DNA of 64,000 nt from Spirulina sp. Its GTDB lineage: Bacteria > Cyanobacteriota > Cyanobacteriia > Phormidesmidales > Phormidesmidaceae. Positions 21,522-32,062 of the stretch are shown in pieces; position 1 is the stretch's first letter, and each line of letters opens with the position of its first letter. A model generated the notes under the pieces. It was not told the origin of the DNA and did not search any database. It saw only the letters and a list, made by a program, of their open reading frames with translations. Location: positions 1 through 64,000 of the forward strand of contig JBIPSI010000017.1 of assembly GCA_044070495.1 (NCBI GenBank), read 5' to 3'. A program made the position numbers and the translations under genes.

Positions 21522-22178
21522 TTGGCATCACGAATCATTCAAAAAGGACTAAATACAGTGTTGAAGACGCTTTTTTCCGGTTTGTTGATATCGGCCTGTT
21601 GTGTAATAGGTGTTTCGTCCTCGGCCTTGGCCCAGACCACCTCCGCCCCCACCGAAACCCAACCCCAATCTACGGAAGATCTGGAGGTAGACGACCTCAC
21701 GGATGATCAGGTGGCGCAGATGGAGGCCATTTTTGATGCCTACGAGCCGCAGATTGCCGAGGCCACGGTCAACTATTTGGCCGCCCTGGAGGTGATGAAC
21801 AATCTGCTGGTGCCCACCACCGCTGATCTAGCCCTCAACGATGCCCATGACCAGGTGCTGACCACCCGGCAAGCCCTCGATACCGTCATTTTCGAGCGCA
21901 ACTTAGCCCTGCGATCCGTGCTGAATTTGGATCAGCGCCAGGTGATTAACGACTATGTGCGGGCCTACCTGGGCCTTGCCCCCGCCGAACCCATGGCGGT
22001 TTTTCCCGAAAATTTGATCGGCCAGAATATTGACACCGTGCTGGAAGAGTTGTGGGCCGATGGCTGGGAAGTGGTGGTGGAAACGCCTAGCGAAGTGCAG
22101 CTAGATCGGGGTGCAGAACAACTGGATTTGGCCCGCAATCGCAGCGGTCAAATTGTCGATGTTCGCTTTTCTAACTAG
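21522..22178 (+). CDS. Periplasmic Spy/CpxP-like helical protein
   Basis: Signal peptide ending ALA; LTDDQ and VLNLDQR (LTxxQ-like) motifs; start may be GTG at ~21558. Confidence 0.6.
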   Translation: MASRIIQKGLNTVLKTLFSGLLISACCVIGVSSSALAQTTSAPTETQPQSTEDLEVDDLTDDQVAQMEAIFDAYEPQIAEATVNYLAALEVMNNLLVPTTADLALNDAHDQVLTTRQALDTVIFERNLALRSVLNLDQRQVINDYVRAYLGLAPAEPMAVFPENLIGQNIDTVLEELWADGWEVVVETPSEVQLDRGAEQLDLARNRSGQIVDVRFSN

Positions 22179-22196
22179 GCCGATAGGAACCCAACC

Positions 22197-23513
22197 ATGA
22201 CCTATCTCACCCCAATTATCGGCTTCGCTGCCGCCATCGTACTGCTGCCCACCTCAGCCAGCGCTCTCCCCTCCCTGGAGGAGACCAACGACCAACCCAC
22301 AAGCTTGGAACCATGGCCAGAGGTCGTGGAAGCGGTGCCTGAGACCGAGGTTGCTGAGGGAATCTCTGCGGAATTGTCTGAGGGAATGCCTGAGGATGAG
22401 GCACCTGCTGTCTTCTCTGCGGAGGTAATGCCACCGGAGACCCAGGTTGCTGAATCGGCCCAAACGGCTGATGTAACCGCTAGGGAGTCCGTCAAGCCTG
22501 AGGCCAGTCCACAGTCTGACCTGAGTAATGAGGCCCAAGCGGCGGATCCCCTATTGATAGAGGATCCCTGGCTGCCGCTCTCAACCAGCAGTCGAGATCT
22601 GCAACGGACGGAGGCTTCCCTTGGGAGCGAGGATCTGCTTCCAACGCCCCTCGGCCAGCCCCTTGATGTGGCCCAGACGACGGCAGAATCTTCCCCTTCG
22701 GATAAGTGGCACTTTTTGCTCACGCCCTATGTCTATCTTCCCTTTAGCATTTCGGGTTCAGCCAACTTTACTAACCTGAACGGTAACCTGGGCGGTTCCG
22801 GAGGAGGTATTGGTTCTGGAGGAGGTATTGATTTTGAACTGGAACCCAACCAAATTAGAACGGCGCTGCGCAATAGCTTAAACTTCGCCTTCTTCAGTGG
22901 TTTTGAAGCCTGGAATCCGAATTATAGGCTTGGGATTCTCTCCAACTTTGAATACGTTTCCCTGTCCACTGAGAGTACTGTGGACAGGGATGTGCGGTTT
23001 CCGGGGTTAGCGAACTTTATTCCCGCCCAAATCAATGCAGACTTAACGACCCAACTCATGCGAGCCGACCTGGTGGGCAGCTACCGCTTTTACGATCCAG
23101 CGCGAGTGAATCCAGAGGGCATCCGTTCAGAATACGACCTAGGCCCCTTTGTGTTTGATGTGTTGGGTGGTCTGAGTGTAATCCAAGTGAATACCCGGCT
23201 CGGTTTGAGCACCAATTTGGGTGGGTCGGGCCAGTTTAACAACAGTAGCACCGTCGTATCGCCGCTGATTGGCGGTCGGGTGCGGTGGAATGCCAACCCT
23301 AAGTTCGCCCTAGTCGGAACGGGCACTATCTCTGGATTTGGCATTGGGGGGCTGACGCAGTACGGCTTTCAGGGTGGGCTTGATTGGATGTTCTCAGGCG
23401 ACACCACCTTGGGGGCGGGGTATCGCGTTGGCTTCACCGACTACAACACTGACCGGGTTGACCTCAACGTCGATCAGCACGGGCCTTATATCAATATCGG
23501 CTTCCGCTTTTAA
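22197..23513 (+). CDS. Outer-membrane beta-barrel protein with long acidic N-terminal region
   Basis: Signal peptide; E/P-rich linker; WHFLLTPYVYLP first strand; C-terminal GPYINIGFRF (terminal Phe). Confidence 0.8.
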   Translation: MTYLTPIIGFAAAIVLLPTSASALPSLEETNDQPTSLEPWPEVVEAVPETEVAEGISAELSEGMPEDEAPAVFSAEVMPPETQVAESAQTADVTARESVKPEASPQSDLSNEAQAADPLLIEDPWLPLSTSSRDLQRTEASLGSEDLLPTPLGQPLDVAQTTAESSPSDKWHFLLTPYVYLPFSISGSANFTNLNGNLGGSGGGIGSGGGIDFELEPNQIRTALRNSLNFAFFSGFEAWNPNYRLGILSNFEYVSLSTESTVDRDVRFPGLANFIPAQINADLTTQLMRADLVGSYRFYDPARVNPEGIRSEYDLGPFVFDVLGGLSVIQVNTRLGLSTNLGGSGQFNNSSTVVSPLIGGRVRWNANPKFALVGTGTISGFGIGGLTQYGFQGGLDWMFSGDTTLGAGYRVGFTDYNTDRVDLNVDQHGPYINIGFRF

Positions 23514-23692
23514 GCCGTCGTTGGGGTAGGGCAATGCCCAGGGGTTTGGCCGCCCCATTCGCCTAACCCTTCAGCGTTGGCCGTGCCCAAGAGGGAGAAT
23601 CTACCCCATGAAACCCGTGGCATTCAGCCCCAAGTTTCATGGTTTTGCCGCCTGAGTTCGCTAAGCACAATAAGGATCAAGAATCACTGATT

Positions 23693-26065
23693 ATGACTTC
23701 AAACGACACGGTTCAACGCCAAATTCTGCCCATCCCTGACCAGACTCACTTTGGCATCACCACCTACGATGCCAAGGATCCCGATACCAAGTATCCCCCG
23801 ATTCGAGAGTTGCGTCCGCCAGCGGATGCCCCCAATGTGCTGGTGGTGCTGCTGGATGACGTGGGCTTTGGTGCATCCAGTGCCTTTGGTGGGCCTTGCC
23901 ACACCCCCAATTTTGAGAAACTGGCGGGGGAAGGGCTGAAATACACCCGCTTCCACACCACCGCCCTCTGTGCCCCCACCCGTCAAGCGTTGCTCACCGG
24001 GCGCAACCACCATTCCGTGGGCATGGGCAACATCACCGAAACGGCCACGGCGGCACCGGGGCAGTGTTCCGTGCGGCCCAACACCAAAGCGCCCCTGGCC
24101 CTGACTCTGAAGCTCAACGGCTACTCCACCGCCATGCTGGGCAAGTGCCATGAGGTGCCCGTGTGGCAGAGTTCGCCCATGGGGCCGTTTGATGCTTGGC
24201 CCACCGGGGGCGGCGGTTTCGAGTATTTCTACGGCTTCATCGGCGGCGAAAACAATCAGTGGGATCCGGCCCTCTACGACGGCACCACCCCCATCGAACC
24301 CCCCGCCACCTTTGAGGAGGGCTATCACCTGACGGAAGACCTGGCCGAAAAGGCGATTGGTTGGATCAGCCAGCAAAAGGCGCTGATGCCCGACAAGCCC
24401 TTCTTCATGTACTTTGCCCCCGGTGCCACCCATGCGCCCCACCATGTGCCCAAGGAATGGATCGAGAAGTACAAAGGGCAGTTTAGCCACGGCTGGGATC
24501 GCCAGCGGGAGATCACCTTTGCCAAGCAAAAGGAACTGGGCGTGATTGGCCCCGATGCCGAACTCACCCCGCGCCATGCCGAAATTCCTGCCTGGGATGA
24601 GATGGATGCCGCCTATAAGCCCGTGCTAGAGCGGCAAATGGAGGTTTACGCCGCTTTTCTAGAGCATACGGACTACGCCGTGGGGCAGGTGATCGATGCC
24701 CTGGAGGATCTGGAAATTCTGGATGACACCCTGATCTACGTGATCATCGGCGACAATGGCGCATCCGCCGAGGGCACCATCCACGGGGCCTTCAACGAAA
24801 TGGCCAACTTCAACGGCATGGCCGGACTAGAAACCCCAGAATTCATGCAGTCCAAGCTGGAGGATTTTGGTGGGCCAGACTCCTACGGCCACTTCGCCGT
24901 GGGCTGGGCCTGGGCCATGGATACGCCCTACCAGTGGACGAAGCAGGTGGCTTCCCACTGGGGCGGCACCCGCAACGGCACTATCGTTCGCTATCCCAAA
25001 GCCATTGAAGAAAAAGGCGGTTTGCGGCACCAGTTCAGCCATGTGATTGATGTGGCCCCCACGGTGCTGGAGGTGGCGGGCATTCCTGAACCCACCATGG
25101 TGAACGGTGTGCTGCAAAGCCCCTACGAAGGCACCAGCATGGCCTACAGCTTCAACGAGGCCGATGCGCCCGAACGCCACGAAATTCAATACTTCGAGAT
25201 GTTTGGCAACCGGGGCATTTACTACAAGGGCTGGAGCGCCATCACCAAACACCGCACCCCCTGGGTGATGGTGGGGCAAACCATGGTGCCCTTCGACGAA
25301 GATGTGTGGGAGCTGTACGACGGCAGCAAAGACTGGACACAATTCCACAACCTGGCGGCGGAAATGCCAGAGAAACTGCTTGAACTCCAGCGTCAGTTTC
25401 TGATCGAAGCCGTGAAGTACAATGTGCTGCCCCTGGATGATCGCCAGACCGAGCGGATTGACCCCGCCACCGCTGGTCGCCCCTCCCTGGTGAAAGGGGA
25501 TTCGCAAATTTTCTTTGCGGGCATGGGCCGTCTGTCAGAAAACAGCGTCATTAGCATCAAGAACAAGTCCTTTTCTATCACCGCCGAAATTGAGGTCAAA
25601 GCAGACAAACCCGCTAACGGCGTGATCATCGCCCAGGGCGGCAAGTTTGGCGGCTGGAGCGTCTACACCAAGGAGGGCAAGCTTAAGTTTGCCTACAACG
25701 TCCTGGGCATCCAGGAGTTTTACGCCGAGGCCACATCCCCGGTGCCCCAGGGCAAGCACCAGGTGCGGATGGAGTTTGCCTACGATGGCGGTGGCCTTGC
25801 CAAGGGGGGCAATGTCACCCTCTACTACGACGGCCAATCTGTCGGTACCGGACGGGTTGAAGCCACCCAGCCGATGATTTTCTCGGCGGATGAAACCACT
25901 GACATCGGCTGCGAATCGGGCACCTGTGTAACTCCTGACTACAGCGCCCACAGCAGCAAGTTCACGGGCAAAATCCACTGGGTGCAGCTCGATGTGGGCC
26001 AGGATGACCACGACCACCTGATTTCGCCAGAAGAGCGGCTGCGGGTGGCCATGGCGCGGCAGTAG
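23693..26065 (+). CDS. Cys-type arylsulfatase with C-terminal LamG-like extension
   Basis: PNVLVVLLDDVG, CAPTRQALLTG (CxPxR), GKCH, GDNG, HVIDVAPT; no signal peptide. Confidence 0.93.
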   Translation: MTSNDTVQRQILPIPDQTHFGITTYDAKDPDTKYPPIRELRPPADAPNVLVVLLDDVGFGASSAFGGPCHTPNFEKLAGEGLKYTRFHTTALCAPTRQALLTGRNHHSVGMGNITETATAAPGQCSVRPNTKAPLALTLKLNGYSTAMLGKCHEVPVWQSSPMGPFDAWPTGGGGFEYFYGFIGGENNQWDPALYDGTTPIEPPATFEEGYHLTEDLAEKAIGWISQQKALMPDKPFFMYFAPGATHAPHHVPKEWIEKYKGQFSHGWDRQREITFAKQKELGVIGPDAELTPRHAEIPAWDEMDAAYKPVLERQMEVYAAFLEHTDYAVGQVIDALEDLEILDDTLIYVIIGDNGASAEGTIHGAFNEMANFNGMAGLETPEFMQSKLEDFGGPDSYGHFAVGWAWAMDTPYQWTKQVASHWGGTRNGTIVRYPKAIEEKGGLRHQFSHVIDVAPTVLEVAGIPEPTMVNGVLQSPYEGTSMAYSFNEADAPERHEIQYFEMFGNRGIYYKGWSAITKHRTPWVMVGQTMVPFDEDVWELYDGSKDWTQFHNLAAEMPEKLLELQRQFLIEAVKYNVLPLDDRQTERIDPATAGRPSLVKGDSQIFFAGMGRLSENSVISIKNKSFSITAEIEVKADKPANGVIIAQGGKFGGWSVYTKEGKLKFAYNVLGIQEFYAEATSPVPQGKHQVRMEFAYDGGGLAKGGNVTLYYDGQSVGTGRVEATQPMIFSADETTDIGCESGTCVTPDYSAHSSKFTGKIHWVQLDVGQDDHDHLISPEERLRVAMARQ

Positions 26066-26242
26066 TGGCCCCAGATCCTAGGGTTCCTGTCCCAGATCCC
26101 CCCGTTTCGGCGACGGGGGTGGCCCGACGCTCCTAGGCGAGAGCCGTGATGTATTGATAGGCCCCCCTACGTCTTACCGTGCTCTTGATCGCCAGCATTA
26201 CCGGAGCCAGTTCAACCCAATCACCCTTAGAGGATATGAAAC

Positions 26243-27580
26243 GTGAACCATACAACGCTCAACGAACAAACCGCCTATGAGATCGGCATTGAGGCCTATC
26301 AATACCTCTACCCACTGATCACGATGGATGTCACCCGGCGCATCACCACCAACTATGCCGCCGATGCCAAACCCGGCATGGGGCCGATGAACGCCTTTCA
26401 CCACATGCGGGCCTTTCCCACCGCTGACTTTCGGGAGGTGGTACGCCCCAACTTCGACACCCTCTACTCTATGACCTGGCTCGACCTGACCCAGGAACCC
26501 ATGATCATCTCGGCTCCCGATACCGACGGGCGCTACTATCTGCTACCCATGCTGGATATGTGGTCTGACGTGTTTGCGGTTCCGGGCAAGCGCACCAGCG
26601 GCACCAGTGCCGCCCACTATGCCGTTGTGCCGCTGGGGTGGCAGGGCCAACTGCCCGCCGGGGTGGAAGCCATCCACGCCCCCACCCCCTACCTGTGGGT
26701 CATCGGGCGCACCCAGACCAATGGCCCCAAGGACTACGCGGCGGTTCACCAGGTGCAAGACGGTTATCGGGTGACGCCGCTGTCCCAGTGGGGTAAGCCC
26801 GTAGAACCTCCCACAGCGGTGATTGACCCCAGCGTAGACATGAAGACCCCGCCCCTACAGCAGGTCAACACCATGACCGCCGCCCAATACTTTGGCTACG
26901 GGGCAGAACTGATGAAGCTCCACCCGCCCCACATCACCGACTGGTCTACCATCGCCCGCATGGGCCGTCTGGGGCTGGTGGTGGGCGAAAGCTTTGACCT
27001 TGCCAGCGCCGATCCCGCCTTTCAAGCGGGCCTTAATCGGGCCGTGGTAGACGGTCTCAAGCTGATGGTCGAAAAGCTGCCCACCCTGGCCAAGGTGGTC
27101 AATGGCTGGCAGATGAACACCGACACCATAGGGGTCTACGGCAATTACTACCTAAAGCGGGCGATTGTGGCCATGGTGGGTCTGGGGGCTAACCAGCCCC
27201 AGGATGCCGTCTATCCCCTGAATGTGGTTGATGCCGATGGCCAACCGATGGACGGTGCCCACAGCTACGTGCTGCACTTTGAAAAAGCGGAACTCCCCCC
27301 CGTGGAGGCATTCTGGTCAATCACGATGTACGATGCCGAGGGTTTTCAGGTGGCGAACTCGCTGGATCGCTTTGCCATCGGGGATCGTGATGACCTCACC
27401 TACAACGCCGATGGCTCCCTCGACATCTACATGCAGCACGAGTCGCCCGGTGCCGACAAAGTTGCGAACTGGCTGCCCTCCCCGGCCCAGGGGGCGCTGG
27501 GAGTCACCATGCGCCTCTATGCTCCCAAGGCAGAAGTGCTCGATGGTCGCTGGGTGCCGCCGATGGTCAAGAAGCCATAA
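26243..27580 (+). CDS. DUF1254/DUF1214 protein
   Basis: VVRPNFDTLYS, WLDL, PPVEAFWSITMY, NWLP, MRLY.P. Confidence 0.88.
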   Translation: MNHTTLNEQTAYEIGIEAYQYLYPLITMDVTRRITTNYAADAKPGMGPMNAFHHMRAFPTADFREVVRPNFDTLYSMTWLDLTQEPMIISAPDTDGRYYLLPMLDMWSDVFAVPGKRTSGTSAAHYAVVPLGWQGQLPAGVEAIHAPTPYLWVIGRTQTNGPKDYAAVHQVQDGYRVTPLSQWGKPVEPPTAVIDPSVDMKTPPLQQVNTMTAAQYFGYGAELMKLHPPHITDWSTIARMGRLGLVVGESFDLASADPAFQAGLNRAVVDGLKLMVEKLPTLAKVVNGWQMNTDTIGVYGNYYLKRAIVAMVGLGANQPQDAVYPLNVVDADGQPMDGAHSYVLHFEKAELPPVEAFWSITMYDAEGFQVANSLDRFAIGDRDDLTYNADGSLDIYMQHESPGADKVANWLPSPAQGALGVTMRLYAPKAEVLDGRWVPPMVKKP

Positions 27581-27725
27581 GCTCGGCGGCTGCGCCATCG
27601 TTGCCAAGTTAGCCACGATAGCGTAGCAGGCCACCCATGGGTCACAACGGCTCCTGGAAGCGAATCACCATCCATCCAGCCATCTGGCTTGACTTGCCTA
27701 ACTTACTTAACTGAACAGCGTACCC

Positions 27726-28523
27726 ATGAAAAAAATGTGTTTGATACCCTCCCCTGGGCCGAGCTGGCTGGCCCTGGGGGTTGTGTGTAGCCTCGGCCTA
27801 GCCCTCCCACCCGCCCAAGCCCAAGACCTCGACCCCAACGCCACCGAAGTCTTGCAGTTCATGTCCGACTATTTGGCGGAGACCGAAGCCCTCAGCTTCA
27901 ATGCCGATATCGACTTTGAGGTAATCGCGACCAACGGACAAAAATTGCAATTCAGCAGCTATGCCTCGGTGCTGCTGAATCGTCCCAATGGGCTGCATAT
28001 CCGCCGTCAGGGGCCATTGGCCGATGTTGATATTTTGTTTGACGGCGATCAGCTTACCCTGTTTGGACGGCGGATCAACGCCTACGTGCAGCAAGCCTTC
28101 ATGGGCACCGTGGACGAGGCCATTCTGGCGGTGGAGGCCGACACGGGCATTCCCTTTCCGGGGGCCGACCTGCTGTTTAGCAACCCCTACGAAGTGCTGA
28201 TGGAAGGGGTGACCAGCAGCCAGTACCTCGGCACGGGCTACATCGACGGCGTAGAAGTTCACCACCTGGCCTTCCGGGAGGACGATGTGGACTGGCAAAT
28301 CTGGGTGCAGACGGGGGATCGGCCCCTGCCCATGAAGTACGTGATTACCACCAAGTGGGTGACGGGTGCGCCCCAGTACGAAACTCGCCTACGCGACTGG
28401 AACACCAATCCCTCAGTCAGCCAGGATGCCTTCACCTTTACCGCTCCGACCGGGACACGGCAACTCGAAGCCCTTCCCCCCAGCCAGCTCGAAGACTTTC
28501 AACCCGCCGAGGAGGCCCAGTAA
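27726..28523 (+). CDS. DUF2092-family periplasmic protein (LolA-like fold predicted)
   Basis: Signal peptide; MSDYL, GQKLQF, RPN, PGADLL, HHLAFR, DWQIW, FTF.AP. Confidence 0.82.
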   Translation: MKKMCLIPSPGPSWLALGVVCSLGLALPPAQAQDLDPNATEVLQFMSDYLAETEALSFNADIDFEVIATNGQKLQFSSYASVLLNRPNGLHIRRQGPLADVDILFDGDQLTLFGRRINAYVQQAFMGTVDEAILAVEADTGIPFPGADLLFSNPYEVLMEGVTSSQYLGTGYIDGVEVHHLAFREDDVDWQIWVQTGDRPLPMKYVITTKWVTGAPQYETRLRDWNTNPSVSQDAFTFTAPTGTRQLEALPPSQLEDFQPAEEAQ

Positions 28524-28843
28524 TGAAGATGCAAGGTATTAATCGGGTGGTGATCGCCACCGTAGCGCTGTTAGCCACAGGTGCAGCCGTCGATGGTGTC
28601 AGTAGTCGTGGCATGGTCACTTCCCCAGCCTCGGCGGTGGTGGGTCGGCCTGCTACCCCGGTCAGCGTGGCGGGGGCGGCTCGGCGCACCACGCGGCGGG
28701 TAATCCGGCGATCCACTATCTACGCGGCCACCCTACCCGTGGGTTGCTCTAGCATCTACATCGACGGGGTTATGGTCTACCAATGTGGGGCCACCTACTA
28801 CCAGCCCTACAACAATCAGTATGTTGTGGTGTACATCGATTAG
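28523..28843 (+). CDS. Small exported protein (VVGRPATPVSVAGAARRTTRR family)
   Basis: ATG overlaps the upstream TAA; signal-like N-terminus; Arg-rich motif; C-terminal LPVGC..YQCGATYYQP. Confidence 0.75.
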   Translation: MKMQGINRVVIATVALLATGAAVDGVSSRGMVTSPASAVVGRPATPVSVAGAARRTTRRVIRRSTIYAATLPVGCSSIYIDGVMVYQCGATYYQPYNNQYVVVYID

Positions 28844-28858
28844 ATTTGGCCAGCCGCC

Positions 28859-29518
28859 ATGAGCACGTACCCACCATCCCGATCCATTGAACCGCGCTGG
28901 CCCGTGGCCCTGACCATTGGGATGGTGCTGGTCTTGCTGACGGTGCTGCCCGATCGCATTAGGGTGTTTCCGGTTTGGCTGACCTATCTACTCGGCATCG
29001 CAATTCTGGTGGTGATCGCCTTGGTTCCACTCACGGGCGGAAAACCGCGATCACTGCGGATTGAGCGGTGGATCACGCTGCTGTTCTGCCTGGTTGTCGG
29101 CCCGGCTATGCTGGTAGGCCTGCGCCACCTGCTTTTTGAGATGTTTGATCCCTCCGGCGACCTGAATGGTCTAGAGTTATTCACCTCCAGCGTGGCCGTT
29201 TGGGTGATTGGCATTTTGATCTTTGCGCTGTTGTACTGGCAGAGTGATCGCGGCGGGCCAGAGATGCGCCTCAGCCATCGCCAACGCCCTCCCGATTGGC
29301 TCTTTCCCCAGGCCGATTTAGACGATATCTTGCCCGACTGGCAGCCGACCTTTGTGGACTATCTGTTTTTGTCTTACAACACTGCTGCGGCCTTTAGCCC
29401 TACCGATGTGGCCCCGATCACCGCTCGGGCCAAACTGATGCTGATGGCCCAGAGCCTGATTTCCTTGGCCACCATTCTGGTGGTGGTGTCTCGCGCCATC
29501 GGCATTATTGGCACTTAA
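28859..29518 (+). CDS. DUF1345-like membrane protein
   Basis: EPRWP, FALLYW..DRGGP, WLFPQ, WQPTFVDYLFLS, FSPTD. Confidence 0.8.
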   Translation: MSTYPPSRSIEPRWPVALTIGMVLVLLTVLPDRIRVFPVWLTYLLGIAILVVIALVPLTGGKPRSLRIERWITLLFCLVVGPAMLVGLRHLLFEMFDPSGDLNGLELFTSSVAVWVIGILIFALLYWQSDRGGPEMRLSHRQRPPDWLFPQADLDDILPDWQPTFVDYLFLSYNTAAAFSPTDVAPITARAKLMLMAQSLISLATILVVVSRAIGIIGT

Positions 29519-29564
29519 ATCCCTCAGTTCGACAGCCAATCCCGTCTTTTCTGGACACTTTTTG

Positions 29565-30893
29565 ATGCTAACCAATGACCTGACCGAAATTCGTACCCTT
29601 GCCAAGGAAGCCTACATCTATGGCTTCCCGATGGTAGACAGCTACCGCATTCAGCACGCCTACTTTGTTGAGACCCAAAATCCTGAATACAAAGCCCCCT
29701 GGAATCAACTGCGTAACATCGCACGGGTGTTTACGCCGGAGGATAAGGCCGTTCAAACGCCTAACTCAGACACCCCTTACTCGATAGCAGGTTTAGATTT
29801 GCGGGCAGAGCCTATGGTGCTCACCGTGCCAGAGATGGAAGCGGATCGCTATTTCAGCATCCAGCTTGTGGATTCGTATACCTTCAATTTTGAGTACATC
29901 GGTAGCCGCACGACGGGCAATGGCGGTGGCGTTTTTGTGATTGCTGGCCCCAGTTGGCAAGGTGAACCTCCCAGCGGTGTTAGTAAGGTGATTCGGGCCG
30001 AAACCGAGTTTGTTCAAGCGATTTACCGCACCCAACTGTTTAACCCTGGCGATCTCGATCAGGTGAAAGAAATTCAGGCCAAATACCAGCTTCAGCCGCT
30101 GTCGGAATTTTTGGGTCAATCCGTCCTTGCCAGTGCCCCCCCGATTGCGTTTGTACCGCCCCTCACCCCCGATACCCAGAAGACATCTTTGGAGGTTTTC
30201 GGCATTTTGAATTTCCTGCTGCAATTTTGTCCCCCGGTACCTTCGGAAGTCGATCTGCGATCCCGATTTGCCCAAATTGGCGTGGAGGCCGGACGGGATT
30301 TTTCAGTCGATGCCCTGGCCCCACAAGTTAAAGACGCCATGACCCAGGGTATAGCCGATGCCTGGGCTGACTTTGCGGATCTCAAAAAACAGGTTGATGT
30401 CGGACAGGTGACCGCTGGCGATTTGTTTGGCACCCGCGACTATTTGCAAAACAACTACCGCTACCGCATGGCAGGGGCGGTGCTGGGCATCTTTGGCAAC
30501 TCTAAGCAGGAGGCCATGTACCCCTTCTACACCGTCGATGCCGATGGCCAGCCCTTGAGTGGCGTGAACCGCTACACCCTGCACTTTGCCGCCGATCACC
30601 TGCCCCCGGTGAATGCCTTTTGGTCGCTGACGATGTACGAACTGCCCTCTAGCCTGCTGGTGGCGAACCCCCTCAACCGCTACCTACTCAACTCGCCCAT
30701 GCTGTCCCAGTTCCAGCGCGATGCCGATGGCGGACTGACGTTCTACATTCAAAACGAATCCCCCGGTGCGGATCTAGAGGCCAACTGGCTTCCGGCCCCC
30801 TCCGGCCCCTTCTTCTGCGCCATGCGGCTCTATTGGCCCAAACCCGCCGCCCTCGACGGCACCTGGACGGCCCCTGCCATGCAGCGGATCTAG
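29565..30893 (+). CDS. DUF1254/DUF1214 protein (second paralog)
   Basis: AKEAYIYGFP, TPNSDTPYS, LDL, PPVNAFWSLTMY, NWLPAP, MRLYWP. Confidence 0.88.
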   Translation: MLTNDLTEIRTLAKEAYIYGFPMVDSYRIQHAYFVETQNPEYKAPWNQLRNIARVFTPEDKAVQTPNSDTPYSIAGLDLRAEPMVLTVPEMEADRYFSIQLVDSYTFNFEYIGSRTTGNGGGVFVIAGPSWQGEPPSGVSKVIRAETEFVQAIYRTQLFNPGDLDQVKEIQAKYQLQPLSEFLGQSVLASAPPIAFVPPLTPDTQKTSLEVFGILNFLLQFCPPVPSEVDLRSRFAQIGVEAGRDFSVDALAPQVKDAMTQGIADAWADFADLKKQVDVGQVTAGDLFGTRDYLQNNYRYRMAGAVLGIFGNSKQEAMYPFYTVDADGQPLSGVNRYTLHFAADHLPPVNAFWSLTMYELPSSLLVANPLNRYLLNSPMLSQFQRDADGGLTFYIQNESPGADLEANWLPAPSGPFFCAMRLYWPKPAALDGTWTAPAMQRI

Positions 30894-31059
30894 ATCCTAG
30901 GGGTCTGCGCCCAGCGCAGCAACTTGTGGGCACCCACAGGTAGACTCCAGGGATCTTTGCCAATTCAGATCCCTGGAGTCTGCACCCCTCAGCAGCGATT
31001 TGAATGAATCCCTCCATAGAATCCTAGGCTCTCTGCAACCGCAAGCATTCACTCTCCCC

Positions 31060-31650
31060 ATGCAAAACCTCCCTAAAATCCAAGGTACTCGGCAAAGTCT
31101 GATCATGGCGCTGGGCACGATCATCGGCGTCGGCCTCACCCTAGGCATCGTTACCCAGTTGCCCTTGGCCCAGGCCACGGTGATCACAGCCTTAGGAATG
31201 TCGAGCCTGATTGTGGCCTGTGCCTATATTTCGCGGCCCGTGTACTGGTGGATGGCGGTAGGCGCGATTGCGGGCATGATTATCGGCATCGGGGGCGTTT
31301 TGGCTGGATACATGGCTGCCGAAAAGGAGACCATGGACCTCAGCCTACGCCTGACCTTCGTGGCGTTTCAGGCAACGGCGGGGTTCATCGCCGGAATGCT
31401 GGTGGGGCGCAAAACGCCCCAGGCCCACCTACCCAGCCTCAGGGAATTTCTCTCCAGCCTCAGCGCCATCACCGTAGGACTCTACGCCCTCATTGTGACG
31501 GGGCGTTTTCTGTGGGAAGGGTTGGATCCGGCCCGCACCCTATCCAGCCGCCTGAGTACGTCCACCACCATTTTGATTACCCTGCTGGCCATCCCCGGAG
31601 CCTTGGGCTACCTGCTAGCCAGCCATGGGGCCTCGTCCCGCCATCGCTAG
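31060..31650 (+). CDS. Hypothetical integral membrane protein
   Basis: About 6 hydrophobic Gly/Ala-rich segments; start uncertain (31000, 31060 or 31105). Confidence 0.7.
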   Translation: MQNLPKIQGTRQSLIMALGTIIGVGLTLGIVTQLPLAQATVITALGMSSLIVACAYISRPVYWWMAVGAIAGMIIGIGGVLAGYMAAEKETMDLSLRLTFVAFQATAGFIAGMLVGRKTPQAHLPSLREFLSSLSAITVGLYALIVTGRFLWEGLDPARTLSSRLSTSTTILITLLAIPGALGYLLASHGASSRHR

Positions 31651-31732
31651 GGCTGGGATTGGCCCCAGGCAGAGGAGGACGATGGCAACCAGAACTGGGT
31701 ATCCTTGGGCTTAGACCCCATTCCTAACGCCG

Positions 31733-31957
31733 ATGCCTGCCAAATCCGCTAAATCCCAATCTGAATCTTGGAGCTACGAAGACACCGTGGCCACCGTAGA
31801 AGCCATCGTGGCCGATCTAGAATCGGGGCGGTTGCCCCTCGCCGAGGTGCTCACCCAGTTTGAGCAGGCGGTGCAAGCCCTGCAACGGTGCGAAGCCTAC
31901 CTGGCCGAAAAGCGTTCCCAGGTGGATGTGCTGATCGAAACCCTCACCGATGCTTAG
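31733..31957 (+). CDS. xseB: Exodeoxyribonuclease VII small subunit
   Basis: SYE..VA.VEAIV..LESG.LPL.E.L..FEQAV..L..C...L pattern; 74 aa. Confidence 0.9.
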   Translation: MPAKSAKSQSESWSYEDTVATVEAIVADLESGRLPLAEVLTQFEQAVQALQRCEAYLAEKRSQVDVLIETLTDA

Positions 31958-32062
31958 ATCGGTGGTCAGGGCGTTGATGGCGTTTACCCAGAGGCGCTGT
32001 CGCCCTAAACCTTCGCTATCCTTAGGCATAACCCTCCTCCCTAACCTCCTCCCCACAACGGC

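Noticed and set aside
23699..25507. Long antisense ORFs (292 and 226 aa) opposite the sulfatase, and similar shadows elsewhere such as 60146-60955
   Set aside because: They are expected from GC-rich codon bias on the coding strand and show no recognisable motifs.
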